64,000 nucleotides of DNA from Vicugna vicugna (taxonomy: Eukaryota), in assembly GCA_013265495.1 (NCBI GenBank), contig MU063499.1, positions 3,162,001 through 3,226,000 on the forward strand. The letters are read 5' to 3'. The notes under the pieces are model-generated. The model was not told the DNA's origin and ran no database searches. It saw only the letters and a program-made list of their open reading frames with translations. The first letter of the stretch is position 1; each line of letters opens with the position of its first letter. Positions 40,050-53,400 of this stretch are shown here, piece after piece. The position numbers and the translations under genes are program-made.

Positions 40050-40630
40050 CGTGGCCTGGCATCTCCCAACTTAGCACTCACATTGTCCCTCTGGCTTGGG
40101 AGGGCCGCCACATTTCTCCTCCTGAATAACTTCTTGGCATCTTTCCAGATTTAGTTCAGACAACTCTTAAGATTTGCCTCCTTTGTAACCAAGCTAAGTC
40201 TCTCTCCCTCCTTCTGGCTCCCCAAAGTCTCTTATGCACACCCTTGGAGACTTAACACTTCCCATGCAATGCTAAGGATTTGCCTGTCTCTCCCAGTAGA
40301 CAATTAGTTAAGGAGGCAGACAGGGACCTTGTTCTTATTCACATTTACACACTCAGCACCCAGCCAGCACCTGGGAGGAAGCAGGCACTAACTACTAACT
40401 TGAATAAAGGAGCAGAGCACACTGGACTCCGTCAAAGGCCAGAGGAGGTGACAGCTTAACACTCGGGGTGCGAGCTCTGGGCTCATAACCTCGTGTCGGC
40501 AACTTAGTCACTGACCTTTCTGGGCCTCACTCTGTCTCTCTATAGAATGGAAGAAATTACAGCACCCATCTCACTGGAGCATTAACAAGACACTATATTT
40601 GGAGCATTTAAAACTGTGCTTTCTACTTAG
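40050..40630 (+). mobile_element. L2 3' remnant followed by MIR
   Basis: CTGTCTCTCCCAGTAGAC...GACAGGGACCTTGT...CAGCACCCAGC...TTGAATAAA; then GTGACCTTTCTGGGCCTCAC...TATAGAATGG. Confidence 0.65.
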
Positions 40631-42289
40631 CAAGTACTGTGCACATCACAGCAAGAAGGAGCAGAGGACTTACTGCTAGAGGAAGAGTAAATCCTCAGGA
40701 AACCCCAGCCACAGACAGCAAGGAAGCACTCATCTGATTATAATTTGTGGATCCAGGGCCTCCCTAAAGTTTTCTTTTTTTCTTTTAGATTATAAATCAT
40801 TGGTTCAAATCTCCTTCTGGCCCGGACGTCCCATGTGGGACCAGAACAAAGCTGCATCAGGCTGTGCTCTCTTTTCCCTAGTCAGTCAGCCTCCAGCAGC
40901 CCCAAAGGCTGGCCACTGGAAGAATTCTCCAGTTGCTGGTGGTCTGGAAGGTGAGAGCTGAGGGTGGTGACAGAGCAGCCTGGGCAGGCAGCAGGGCTGG
41001 TCCTGTCTCACCACCAGCAGGCGGGGAACATGGGAGGGGCTCAAAGACGCTGAAAGGCTGACAGGAAAGAGGGCTCTAGACCAACTTGGAAGGCTCAGAA
41101 GATCACCAGGGACAAGGGCTGGCTGTCATCAAGACATCTCAGGTTGTACTGAGCTAAGGATGGGAGATGCACTGTGAAATCGTCGGGGACGTAGAACTTC
41201 TATAATCAATGAGGGAAAAATTTGAACCCACACGTCACCGAATCAAGAAATACCGTGAAATGAGACCGCGGTCATCACACTCAGATCCAGGAGGAAGAGA
41301 AAGCCTGCGCTACTGGCTGGGGAGCTGGCGGGGGAACAGCTGCTGGGAGACAGGGAGATGGGGAAATGGGCCCCAGGTCTTTCCGGTGCTCCCTGCGGCC
41401 GGCCGCTGCCCCCCGCCCCCCGCCCCCGCACTCCCCGCAGGTCGCCAGGCCTCCTTGCCAGCCTCTCCCTGACCCAGGCACTCAGCAGAGGGCCTCAGGC
41501 CCTGCGTCTCTCTCCAGGCTCCAGCGACCTCCAAAGCCACCTGCCCGATGTCCCGTTCCCACCTCTGTTACACTAGGAAGCAACAGAATCAAATCTGTCA
41601 CCTCCTGTCATCCACGGGAGAACGATTTCCTGAGTGGCCCCACGCTCTCAAAATCACATTTTAGTGGCGGAATTTCAGGAACCAAAAAAAGAGTGCTGGA
41701 AAAGCTCTCTTTGAAGAGAGACCTCTTCAAACACCCTCAGAAATCACACCCCGTGGGTGAACGCCATCCCCCTTCTGACCCCACGAGTCAGAGCATCAGC
41801 TGGGCCTGGTCAGCGGGCAGGACCCAGGCTGGGTGTGCTCACTGCGACCAGCACGCAGCTCCTCGGGGCAGAAACCACCGCAAAGGCTGCTGGGAACTGC
41901 AGAACTTGCGGCCGAGGGCTGCGGGGAGCCCGCAGGGACTGCCCCGTCCACCCCTTAGCTTTCGCCGGGGCAGAGAGGCAGGGGGACATGCCGAAGGCCA
42001 CCTGCAACGGCTCTTTCCACAAAACATACCCCTCAGAGTCACACTATGTTTTACAGAATAAGACCGTTGCTTCTTCATTTGCTTGTCCATCTGGCCATCC
42101 ACCTACCACCCTCCACACAGCTCTTGGGGGAAGTCTCAAAATATAAATAAAATTAGGTCACCCTCCATGCCACTTAAAACTCCTAAGACAAATAAGTCTG
42201 TTAAAGTCAAACTTTTTTCAGAGCTGTGCATTTTACTTTGTGTAAATGATACCTCCATAAACATATTAAAAATAAAACAAATGCAAAGC

Positions 42290-42800
42290 CCTCCCCTGCC
42301 TTCCCACAGCAGTTAGAATACCATGTCGTCCGTCTCCTTCCTGTGGCCAAGGAGCCCCAGGACTCACGGCCCTGCCTACTGCTCAGACCTCATCCCCTCC
42401 AGCCATATCTGCCTCCTCTCTCTGCACCACACACACCAGGCTCCATCCTGCCATAGAACCTCTGGCTCTACTCTCGTCCCAGTTTGCCCCGACCTCCTTT
42501 TCATTCTTGCTGCAGCTTCCAGATCACCTCCTTGGAAGCCTCTCCTGACCACCTCACCCCCTGCTGCGTGCATCCTGTCCTGCCCTAGCCCTCAATCTCA
42601 TTTTCCTGTTTTTCTTCACAGCGTTAACGCTTCTCATCTCAGTAATTCTGATGTGTTTTCTTGATTACTGTCTTTTTTCTCCCCACTAGAAAGTAAGCTC
42701 TGTAAGACCAGGAACTTCTGTTCTGTTTACCCCCATGTTCCTAGCACCTTGAGGGGGCCCGGCCCTTAACAGATTGCTATATAATATTTGTCGAACAAAG
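42290..42800 (+). mobile_element. L2 3' remnant
   Basis: CCCCACTAGAAAGTAAGCTCTGTAAGACCAGGAAC...ATAATATTTGTCGAAC matches the L2 3' terminus pattern. Confidence 0.75.
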
Positions 42801-42829
42801 AAATTCATCTAGTCTGTCACTTAACACAT

Positions 42830-43440
42830 AGTTATTGAGAATATCTGTTATGACTTTAAATATTTATACACTGTGGCCCAGAAACTCCACTTCTAGGATT
42901 TTCTTTTATAGTTACATTCATACAAATATCCAAAAGTCTGTGTAAAAGAATGCACCGTAGCACTCTCTGTAAGAGTGGAAGATTTAAAAACCACCTAAAT
43001 GTCTATCAAAGGGGGAAGGGTTAAAGGTAAGTTATCACACAATGGAATTCACCTGTTAAAAAGTGAGGGAGAGAAAAAGTGAGGGAGAGACGGTACACCC
43101 ACAATGGGTGAATTTTATGCTATGTAAGTTATACTTCAATAAAGCTATTTAAAAAGTGAAGTAAATCTATCTGCATTAACATGGAAAAAAGCCTATATTA
43201 AATGGGAAAAAAAAGCAGGTCACCAAAACAGTAATGTGTCACGTGAGCCAATTTTTTTTAAAATGATATACGTACATACAGAAATTTGGAGGCACACACA
43301 CAAAACTGTTAACCTCTAGAGGATGGAATTATAGGGAACTTTCACTATTTATACTATGTATTTCCCTAACGTTTTAGTTGTTTACAGAGAGCATGTATTA
43401 CTTTTGTGGCAAGAAGTAAAAAAGCCTAAAAAAGATTATT
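42830..43440 (+). mobile_element. Ancient L1M 3' remnant
   Basis: CCCAGAAACTCCACTTCTAGGA...ACCACCTAAATGTCTATCAA...ATGGGTGAATTTTATGCTATGTAAGTTATACTTCAATAAAGCT. Confidence 0.7.
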
Positions 43441-46400
43441 TGGGAAAAAAACTTCTGCTGCCAAAAAACAACAGTTAAAAAATGACAATAATACAATTTT
43501 TGCTCATTAGGTAATTAACAGCCTTCCTCAAACCTAACTCATTCAGAAAATTTCCTTCTGACAGAAAAACTTCTGGTAAGCAGGACTCACTAGAGACAGA
43601 AACTGTCATGTCAGCCCATTTAGCCCACGTCAAGCAGAGGATCCTTGCTGAGCTAGTTACCATCCCGGTGGACAAGATGTCCCACCGTGTCCTGCCAGCC
43701 AGGCCAGGGGTTCCCTCCACAGCTGATGCCCACATGTATAAGTTAAAATAAAATGTTTATTGTGTATGTTTGTATTTTGTAGGATTCCCCAGATTCCCTG
43801 CCTTTTAAAAATTGACCAACCAACAATCAATCCTGATTGTGCTGGATAAGAGGCCTTTGACTGTAAACATTCTTAATTCAAAGGACCGCCTTTCACCACA
43901 ATCTCATGGCTAACCAGACAGAAAAAGGTGTGGCAGCCCCAGAGTCTGTTTCTCAGAGGTACATCTGCAGTCCTGGACCAACTCCACCACAGAAGATGAT
44001 GGTTGGCTCACGCAGAGTGGAAACTTGTCTCTCCACTGCTTCCGACCCACTGCCCCATTGCACAGGGATGAGCTGCAGGCTGCAGGATGGGTTTTCATCC
44101 TTGTAGCCCAAGGCTCTGAAATGATTCCAACTGCTTAGGGTGATCCAAACCTGGCAGAGAGCAGAAGATATAATGGGAATGTGGACGTCATGCTGACACC
44201 TTGAACCTGGAAGGAAAGGGTGGAGATCCAGCTACACATCCACCGCCTAGAGTTAGACACAGAAGCCAAAGGACTGAACACAAGCTTTCAACACACTTCA
44301 CTGGGCCACTCAACTCCAAGAGTCTCACTAGGATAAAAACCCCAGTGTGCTGTGTTTCTCTCATAAAGATGACACTTGCCCTCTGACCTTCTGCAGGTCA
44401 CACACTCAGTGCCGCTCCCTGGCAGTGGTGAAGGGGCCACCCAGCCCAGCACCTCCCTCATCCAGCAGCCCACAGGAGGGCAACTGGCCAAGGATAGCTT
44501 CACATCCAGCAGGGTCTCCAATCACACCCTGCCTCACCTTTGAAGGAAAATAAGCTCCTCTCATACCTAAAGCCACCGTGCATGAGCTACTCACCTGAGT
44601 TCCTAGCAGGGTTTCTGAGAAAGTCTAATCAGATAAGGCATCATTAGCATCACTGCAATACGAAGACTGGCAACAGACCTACTCAATCACTCCTCATATA
44701 CACCCTGGAAGGTGGATAGTATCATCCCAATTTTCAGAAGAAGAAATGGGATCTCAGCACAGGAACCTGCCAAAGTCCCACAGGCGGCAAGTAGTGGTCA
44801 AGACCAAAACCCAGGCCACTGCAGACAGTCACCCCCTGTTAAATGAGTTTCAGCATCAGGACTGACTGGGCTTGGCCTTTTGGCATAAATTTCAAAGCTT
44901 GTGAAATGTAAACCTCTACGTGCAATCCACACATTATCAAAAGTCAATAGCCCCCAAAAGAGAATTAGCTCAGAAAACTTAAGGCTAGATAGAAAAATAG
45001 TTCAAGAACTCTGTTCTACACTGAAGGTAGCTAGTAGTGCTTATATCTACGACACATGCATCATCCAAAATCTCAAGGCTTATGGTAAGAAATCAGCTCG
45101 AGTCTTAAAGCGGGTGAGAATGTTTGGCCATTGAAGTGCGCTAGTACTGCAAAAGGCCCCACCGGCTGAGGCTACAAAAGGCCCCTCTGACGAGTGCTGC
45201 CCATGGCTGGCTGCTCCTGCCACCACTCCGCCTTCCACAGCACAGCTCAGGCTCTTGGGCAGCCCTGTGTCTCAGACCAACCCAAGCGGCCACAGTGGGG
45301 AGGAGAAAAGCCGCAGGTTTCCCCAGTTGTGCAGCATCCCTCCACCAACACCATGGCTGTCCCTGCCTCCACTGCTGCCCGGGCTCGGTGCTCTGAGGCT
45401 GTCACAGCCAAGTGGCATGGTTAGGAAGGTTGGTTCACGAGAAAGAAGAGCTCCTTTTCTCAGCCACACTCTAGAACAAACGCCCCGCACAAACCAATGA
45501 GCATCAGCACATGTGTCAGGGAGATGTGAGAAGGCAAAGAAACAGAAGCAAGACTGAGCTGAGTGGTGGTGGGAAAAGAACTGAGGCCTGAGAGGCAGGA
45601 CACTGGGTTCCTGCCCTGGCTCAGCCTCTGACCTGCTGGGAAGTCCCAGGCAAGCTCTTCAATCCCTCCAGTTCTACCGCACATGGAGTCTCAGGTTAAG
45701 TTACCAGTATTTTTTCAATTCAAATAACTGACGATATGGTGTGAACTGTCCCGCCTCCCCAGGATCATCTACTACAGAGGCCGGTGAGCCAAGGTGGGCC
45801 TCAGCAACTGACACTTACCCGGCACCACCAGGCTAAGCACCTTGTCTCGCTTAGTTTTCCTAATAACCCATTAAGACAGGGAATCACCTCCTTCATTTTG
45901 AGGACAAGAAACAATCTCAGAGGAATAAAGTCACCCGGGGGGAAGTCACACAGCACTGGAAAGACTACCACAATGTGGCATGGTGGTCATGAGAGACCAG
46001 GGCCCAAATTCTGGCAGCTCAATGCCAGAGCCCATGCACCTGACCACCGGGCCACACCGCTGCTATTCCCTGGTCTGGGAACCCTCAGCTCCCAGATGTA
46101 GCTCCTTCGTTCCCTGGTCCAGGAGTCCTCCCTTTGGATGACACACACTCGGCTACCTGGTTGTCCTGACAGCCTCCCTAAATGCACTTGTGTATTGACA
46201 GCATTGGATAGAAACCTCTACTGCTTTTCCAAGGGTATACATCTAAACCCAAGAGAAACTGGCTTTTACAAAGCTACATAAAGAGGAGGAAAACCTGGTG
46301 TTCCAATGACCAGTTCCCTAGTGTTTCAAAAGGCCTCATCTCACCTGTTGAGAAGAACAGGCAAGAGCCAATGTGGCACTCGCTGTACCATCAGAGGGAG

Positions 46401-48407
46401 CTGCTGGGGCTGCCCCCAGAGTGGCGGCTAGCCAGACTCCAAAGAGGCTCCCACTGCCTGTGCAAATAAGGGGTGCTGCTTTGTGAGAGTCCCATGCATT
46501 TACCCAGTGGACGACTCTTCCTCTGAGAATGCACTGGGGTGTCACCTTCGAATTTTATTGACAGAAGTTAATTAATTAGCACCCTTAGCAGAAAAATTAG
46601 TAGAAGATCGGCTGTTGTCTTGAAACCAGTTAAAGACTACATTTAAGGCCTTTTCCCTAGCTTCTAAACTCAGGGCAGTTGGCACCCAGAGTCTTCTCTT
46701 TTTCAATACAGGTTGCATAACCAACCAGAATCTGAGCAGAACAGAAGCAGCAGAGTTCATTTCCTCAGTCCCAAAGCCTGGGAATTGGGTGGCAGGGCAT
46801 CAGAGAGCAGCCAAGGAAGCCTTAACTTTACAATAATAGCTTGAACCCAGGGAGCCTTGGCACCTTAAGTGAAGAAGTCATCAGTCCCCTATGAGCTAAA
46901 ATATCTGTAAGTCCTCCTTGGCTGCAGTGGGAATCCCATCCAGGGCAGTCTGACAGGTGCTTTGGGCACCCTGGGTTCCCGTCACAGCTGTTTTCGCCTC
47001 TCCTCCACTTAGGAAGAACAGGTGGCCTGGGTGATAGGAAGGAGTGACAAATGACAGACGTGTCCTCCAGGACAGGGGGAGAGACAACATCAATAAATCA
47101 CGACCATCAGGACCGGGAGCCCCAGGCTGCCCTAGGAAAGGCAAGACTGAATCAAATTAGGACTCCTGAATTCCCAGTGCTCTTTCTGCTCGTCTATCTA
47201 CTGGGATCCATCCCTCCAATTTCCCTTCCATGAGGGTGCTGGAAAAACTCACATCACGTGGCATGGTGGTTATGAGAGGTGCCATCAAGTTTTTCTGCAT
47301 CCCTTTTCCTACTGTGAGGATGGAGAGTGAGTGGCCTCAGGGACGAAGGTTAGGCTGACAGCTTGGTTGAAGAGAAAGGTGAAAGGGAAGTCGGCCTCCA
47401 TCTCTTTCCTCGAGGGCCACGAACCACACCTCAGGCAGCGAAGGGAAGCTGCCTGAGCATCCTGTGTTTTGGAGAAGTAACTGTCTGGTGATGTTCTGGG
47501 ATTGTCTCACAACTGCATCCTCCTTGGTTCCAGCCTTCCTAAAAGTCTAGAATGTACATAAACCAACCCAAGAGAAACAGCAGGCTGTGGCCCTACTACG
47601 TCTCATTTGAGACAGGCCTGCCTATGCCAGGTCCTGATCAGAAAGTCCAGGCACAATTCATGAGACCTTGGGGGAAAAGGGAGGCGTAGGGCCCAGGTCG
47701 GGCCTGCCTACCTGTCCCGACACTCTCCAACCCAGCAACAGTGCTGGGAAAATGCTGCCTTTGGGCTTGCTTGTCAACCAAGCTACCTGCATTGGAGACT
47801 CAGGAGACTCAGCTAGGCATCTTACCACACCTGACACTGTACAAGAGGAGTGAGAGGCTGAACCCCTGATGTGAGTGGGCAAGCACAGGACCCACTTACT
47901 CACTCCAGAAATGACCAAACGACCTCAAACAAGAGACAGGGTAGTGCTGACTGTGCCTAAGGAAGAGCAGGTGGCTGGGGTAAGATTTACTGAGCGTTCA
48001 GGGCAGTGAACAAGATTCTATACAAACAGACTATCTAACAAAGCTCCACACTGTATACGAGTCAGAACTCGAGCGCTTCCTCTCCCTTTGCACTGAGATT
48101 TGAGCTCCTCTTTGAAAGAGGAAGGAAAAGGAAGATCCAGCCACTGCCTCCTTACAAAAAAGGTACTGAGAAGACTGACAATGTGTAAAAGTCCCCGTGC
48201 ACAGAATAAGCAGGCTTCACTTCAATTATTAGCTGCTGTTTGACTCCCACACATAACTCAAAGGCTCATTATACAGCAAATTAGCCTGAAATGTGTCTTG
48301 TATCAACAATCCAGTGTGAAATGTAGAAACTTTGATTTCCTACCAGTTGAAATACAAGCAGTGAGCAAATAAGTTGGCTTGCTAAAGGCAAGGCAAATAA
48401 AAGAATC

Positions 48408-49216
48408 CAGGCAGACCTTTCTCTGCCGTGCTTCACAGATACCTCATTCTTTACAAATTGAAGGTGCGTGGCAACCTTCTGTCGAGAAAAGTCTGTCAGT
48501 GACATTTTTCCAATTGTATTTGCTCACTTCGTGTTTCTGTATCACATTTTGGTAATTTCCTCAATATTTCAAATTTTAAAATTATTATTATATTTGCTAT
48601 GGTGATCTGTGATCTGTGAATTACTGCTGTCATTGTTTTGAGGGGCCATGAGCAGAATACATATAAGATGGCAAACTGAACTGATAAATGTCATGTGCAT
48701 TCCGACTGCTCCACCAACCAGCCATTCCCCCATCTCTCTCTCTCCTCGGGCCTCCCTATTCCCTGAAACACATCAATATTGAAGTTAGGCCAATAATTAA
48801 TAACCCTACAGAGGCTTCTAAGTGTTCAAGTGGAAGGAAGAGTCAATCAGGGCAGCAAATTTCATTGTTTNNNNNNNNNNNNNNNNNNNNNNNNNNNNNN
48901 NNNNNNNNNNNNNNNNNNNNNNNNNNNNNNNNNNNNNNNNNNNNNNNNNNNNNNNNNNNNNNNNNNNNNNNNNNNNNNNNNNNNNNNNNNNNNNNNNNNN
49001 NNNNNNNNAATTTTCAGCAATAAAGTATGTTTTAATTAAGGTATGTACATTTTTAAAGACAATACTATTGCACACTTTATCAGCTATAGTATAGTGTACA
49101 CATAACTTTTATACACACTGGGAAACCAAAAAGTTTGTGTGACTCACTTAATTGCCATATTCACTTTACTGCTGTGGTCTGAAACTCAACCTGCAATTAT
49201 CTCTGAGGTCTGCCTG
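48408..49216 (+). mobile_element. Tigger1 (Tc1/mariner) internally deleted DNA transposon
   Basis: Perfect 11-bp TIRs CAGGCAGACCT (48408-48418) and AGGTCTGCCTG (49206-49216) followed by TA; internal TTTACAAATTGAAGG...CTAAGTGTTCAAGTGGAAGGAAGAGT; about 810 bp, no transposase ORF. Confidence 0.9.
48871..49008. other. Assembly gap (138 N)
   Basis: N run inside Tigger1. Confidence 1.
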
Positions 49217-49578
49217 TATGACAAACTGCCTCTCTGAGGCCTTATAGACTGAGGCAGCAGCCAACTTCCATCTTAGCTGAGATGCACGCTGGTGTCTCTA
49301 AGCCTGTTTCAACCACCTTTGAGAGCTCAGAAGAACAGCGAAGCTCTAAGCACACTCTGTGGGATTCTGGCAGCCCTGCCCACTAAGATGAAATCCAATC
49401 AATAAGTGCTCACTTATTTACCCAATATGTAGCTATACTCGAATCGACCTCTGGCCACTCAGCATACAAGCCTGGCATCGTTAGTTACTGATTTAAGTGA
49501 TCTGTCTTCCTAAAATAGATCACAGATTCTAAGAGAATAGGAATCAAGTCTCCTAAGTTTTCTTGTACTCACTTTCAC

Positions 49579-50056
49579 TATATTAGTTACGTACTGCTGT
49601 GCAACAAATTCTTCCACAACTTAGTGGCTTAAAACGATGAATATTTACTATCAGCTTAGCTAGCACTTCTGGCTCATGGTCTCTTGTAAGACTACAAACT
49701 TACAAACCAACTGAAGCCTTGACTGGGGCTGGAGGATAGGCTTCTGAGAAGGCTCACAAGCACGGCTGCTGGCTGGAGCCCTCAGGACTCTCCACAGGAC
49801 TACCTGAGGGTCCTCAAGACACGGCAACTGGGTTTCCCCAGAACGACAGATCCAAAAGGGAGCAAATGAGCGAGCACACCCAAGACAAAAGCTGCAGTCT
49901 CTAACAGCTTACTCTCAGAAGCGACACACCATCACTTCTGCCATAGTCTACTGGTCACTTAGACTAATCCTGGTACAACATGGGAGAGGACTACACAAGG
50001 GCATGACCACCAGAAGATGGGATCACAGGGGTCTGTCCTGGAGGCTGGCAGCCACA
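49579..50056 (-). mobile_element. MaLR solo LTR (MLT1F-like)
   Basis: TATATTAGTT...CTTAGTGGCTTAAAAC...CATCACTTCTGCCATAGTCTACTGGTCAC...GGAGGCTGGCAGCCACA. Confidence 0.82.
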
Positions 50057-50769
50057 TTTGCCATTCTAAGTCCTCAGGAAATTTTTACTGAACGTGCAAC
50101 AGATGAACCTTTCAAGGGGGAACTTGAAGCTGTTGCTTTACTTTTCAATCTAGTCTTAGCTGACACTCTCATGCTCTCTGATGACCTAGGTGGCTAGCAG
50201 CCTCCAAGGCAAGAAAAAAGAACAAGGTAATAGTTGGCACTGATTAGTGTTTCTGCCCATCCCTACAGGAGCATTCCCTTCCCCTATTCTACTTTACCAA
50301 CCAAGAAGGTGTTTGAAGCTCAATTCAGTTTCTCACTCACCCAAACCAGGGGGTGCCCTCTCAGTGTTTAGAAGTCTACTGACAAGTGCAACATGGACCC
50401 AAATAATGCCCTGGATGGGCACCAGGGAGGGCTTAGGGCCTGGCACTCAGTGCATGCCTCAGCAGAGCAGGGGAGGGCGGAGGACCCAACAATAAAGAGG
50501 AGGCACTGGGATCACACGATTTCCCATCATGGCCTCCAGGAGCCCAAAGCCACATTGCTGCACTGCTTGTTGTTAATATGGTGGCAGTGATTCTTAAAGT
50601 TAGGAAAATAACTCAGTTTCCCCCCAGTTTGTGTAATTTGCTACCATCGGATTTAAGTCTGGAGATTATAGCTAAACATGACAAAATTTGTAAAAAGGGC
50701 CTGGGAGCTGAGTTGCTATGGCAGTATGTAAGGACTGGAGCCACTTGCTTTGGGTAAGGAAGCATCATC

Positions 50770-53400
50770 TATTTTTTTCTGCCTTCATTTATAATAGGTA
50801 TTTCCCCCTGGATATAAAATCCTAGGTTGACAGGTTTTTACTTTCAGCACTTTTAAGATGTTGTTCCATTGTCTTCTGGCTTGAATAATTTGATGAAAAG
50901 TCTGTATTAGTTCTTATGTTTATTTCCCTGCATATAATGTCTCTTTTCCTCTTGTTGCTTTTACAAATTTTTTTTAATCATTGTTTTTCAGCAATTTGAT
51001 TATCATATGGTTTAGTGTGTTTATCCTGCTTGGGGTTTATTAATCTTCTCGCATCTGCGTTATAATTTTCATCAACTTTGGGAAATGTTCAGCATTACTC
51101 CTCAAATATTTTTACTACCCCTTCTCCTCTTCCTATCGCTTCTAGAAATCCAATTATATGTTGACCTTTGATATTTTCGCATGAGTCACTGAGGCTCTAT
51201 TCATTTTTTTGGTATGTCTTCAATTTGCAAAGCATCTGTTGCTATATTTTCAATTTCACTAATCTATTCTTCCATATAATCTAATTTCCTGTTAAGTCCA
51301 TCCAGTCAATTCTTCAGAAATTGTATTTTAAGTTCTAGACATTCCATTTGGTTCATTTTTATATCTTCCATTGTGTTCCTCATCACGACCCAGTTTTTCT
51401 TTAAAATCTTCAGCATATTGATCATAACTGTTGTATAGTCTTTTTCTGGTGATTCTATCATCTCTGTAATTTCTTGGTCTATTTATATTGACTGATTTTT
51501 CTCTTGATCATAGGTCACAATTTCCTGCTTCTTCACATATCTAGTAATTTTCTGATTAGATGCTATACATTATGATTGCTACACTGTCAAAGTATTTGGA
51601 TTTCATAGTCTTCCTTTAATGAGTCCTGAAGTGTGTTTAGCCTGGCAGTTATGTTTGTAGAACAACTTGATCATTTTAAGTCTTTTCTTTCTTTTTAAAA
51701 CAAATTTTGAGGTATAATTTTCATACCAAAAGTGCACCCATATAAAATACACAGTTCAATGAGTTTTGAAGTGCACACCCTTAACTACAATCAGGATATA
51801 GTAATTTCCATCACCCCAAAAAGTCGCATGTCCCTTTGCAGTTGGTCCCAATTCTACCACCCCAAGGCAATCACTAATCTGCTTTCTGTCAGTATAGATA
51901 AGAATTTTGGTTTCTGGAATTTCATACAAATGGAGTCATATGGTATGTATTCTTTTTATCTGCATTCTTTTGCTCAGCATACTCAACCATGTTGTTTTGT
52001 GTATCAGTAGCTCATTCCTTTTAGCTACTGCTATGTATTCCACTGTAGGAATATACCACAATTTGTTCATCCACTCATGTGTTGATGGACACTTGGACTG
52101 TTTCCAGTTTGGGGTAATTATGAATAAAGTTGCTATGAAAGCCCTTTTGTGGGACATACGTTTTCTTTTCTCTTAGAAATTGCTAGGTTGTATGGTAGAG
52201 GTAATCTTCTTTGTAAGAAACGTTTGAACAGTTTTCCAAAGTGGTTGTACCATTTTATATTTCTGCTAGCAGTGTTGTAAGACTTCCAAAGTTCACATAC
52301 GCTTCAACTCTTGGTATTGTCAATTTTTAAAATTTTAGCCATTCTTGTGNNNNNNNNNNNNNNNNNNNNNNNNNNNNNNNNNNNNNNNNNNNNNNNNNNN
52401 NNNNNNNNNNNNNNNNNNNNNNNNNNNNNNNNNNNNNNNNNNNNNNNNNNNNNNNNNNNNNNNNNNNNNNNNNNNNNNNNNNNNNNNNTGCACTGTTTGT
52501 CTTTTTACTGAATTGTAAGCATTCTTTACATATTCTGGATGGAAGTGCTTTGTCAGATATTCATATTGCAATTTTTTTTCCCCAGTCTGTGGCTTACCTT
52601 TTCGTTTTCTTTATAGTTGAAGCCAGAAATGCTCATTTTAGATGAACTCCAATTATCTTTTTTTTTAATGGTTCAAGCTTTTTGTATTGTAAGAAATCTT
52701 TGCCTGTCCCAAGGTCACAAAGATTTTCTCTTAGGTTTTCTTCTAGAAGTATTATAGTTTTTACTTCTGTATCTAGATCTGTGATTTATTTCTACTCAGT
52801 TTCTATATATGATATCAGGCTTGTTTTTAAGCTATGTACCCCTTCCTCTAGGGCTAGATAAGACATGACTCTTTTGAGGTGTCTACCAAATGCCCCTGGT
52901 GTTCAACAAAGTCTCTCACTGCAACTGGAAATAAAAACCTCTCCCCATCCTAAATAATTTGGCTCATAGATTCCCAGCACTGTTCTTCCCTTTGCCTGAG
53001 TTTCACCTATGCATGCACAGATTATTGTCTAGGAAAGGACTTGAGGAGACCCTTGAACAAATGTCTTGAGCTTTTCTTCTACATAGCTCTTTTTTCTCCA
53101 CACTGTCCCTGAAAATTCTAACTGCTTTGGCTTCTTCAACTTTGTCTTCTAAACTCAGCAAGGCTGCCAGGCTCTGCTTGTGTTGCTCCTCACTATTCTG
53201 AGATCTGGAAATTGCGTCCAGCAGAAAGTGGGAGGGAAGACCAGAGGGCTCACTTCATTATTTTCTTTCCCACAGGGATCCTGAGCTGCCTGTTGTCCAG
53301 TTTCTGCAAACAGCTGTTTCATGATATTGTGATCTGTTTTTTGATTGCTGAGAGAAGGGTGAGTTCTATACCAGTGGCTCCTTCATTGGCAAAAACCTCT
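50770..53400 (-). mobile_element. Composite or nested ancient L1M remnants (a 3'-end L1M piece at about 51695-52830 between older 5'-region pieces)
   Basis: GGATATAAAATCCTAGGTTGAC...TTCCATTGTCTTCTGGC; TTTTGAGGTATAATTT...TTCCATCACCCCAAAAAG; TTCCAAAGTGGTTGTACCATTTTA. Confidence 0.8.
52350..52488. other. Assembly gap (139 N)
   Basis: N run inside L1. Confidence 1.

Noticed and set aside
41011-41024. CTCF-like CCACCAGCAGGCGG
   Set aside because: Two mismatches in the core consensus; cannot be supported without PWM or ChIP data.
41366-42061. 231-aa ORF, or STIMATE exon 1, in the GC-rich patch
   Set aside because: The ORF reflects stop-codon scarcity at high GC. No frame encodes the expected STIMATE N-terminus, so exon 1 must be beyond 64000.
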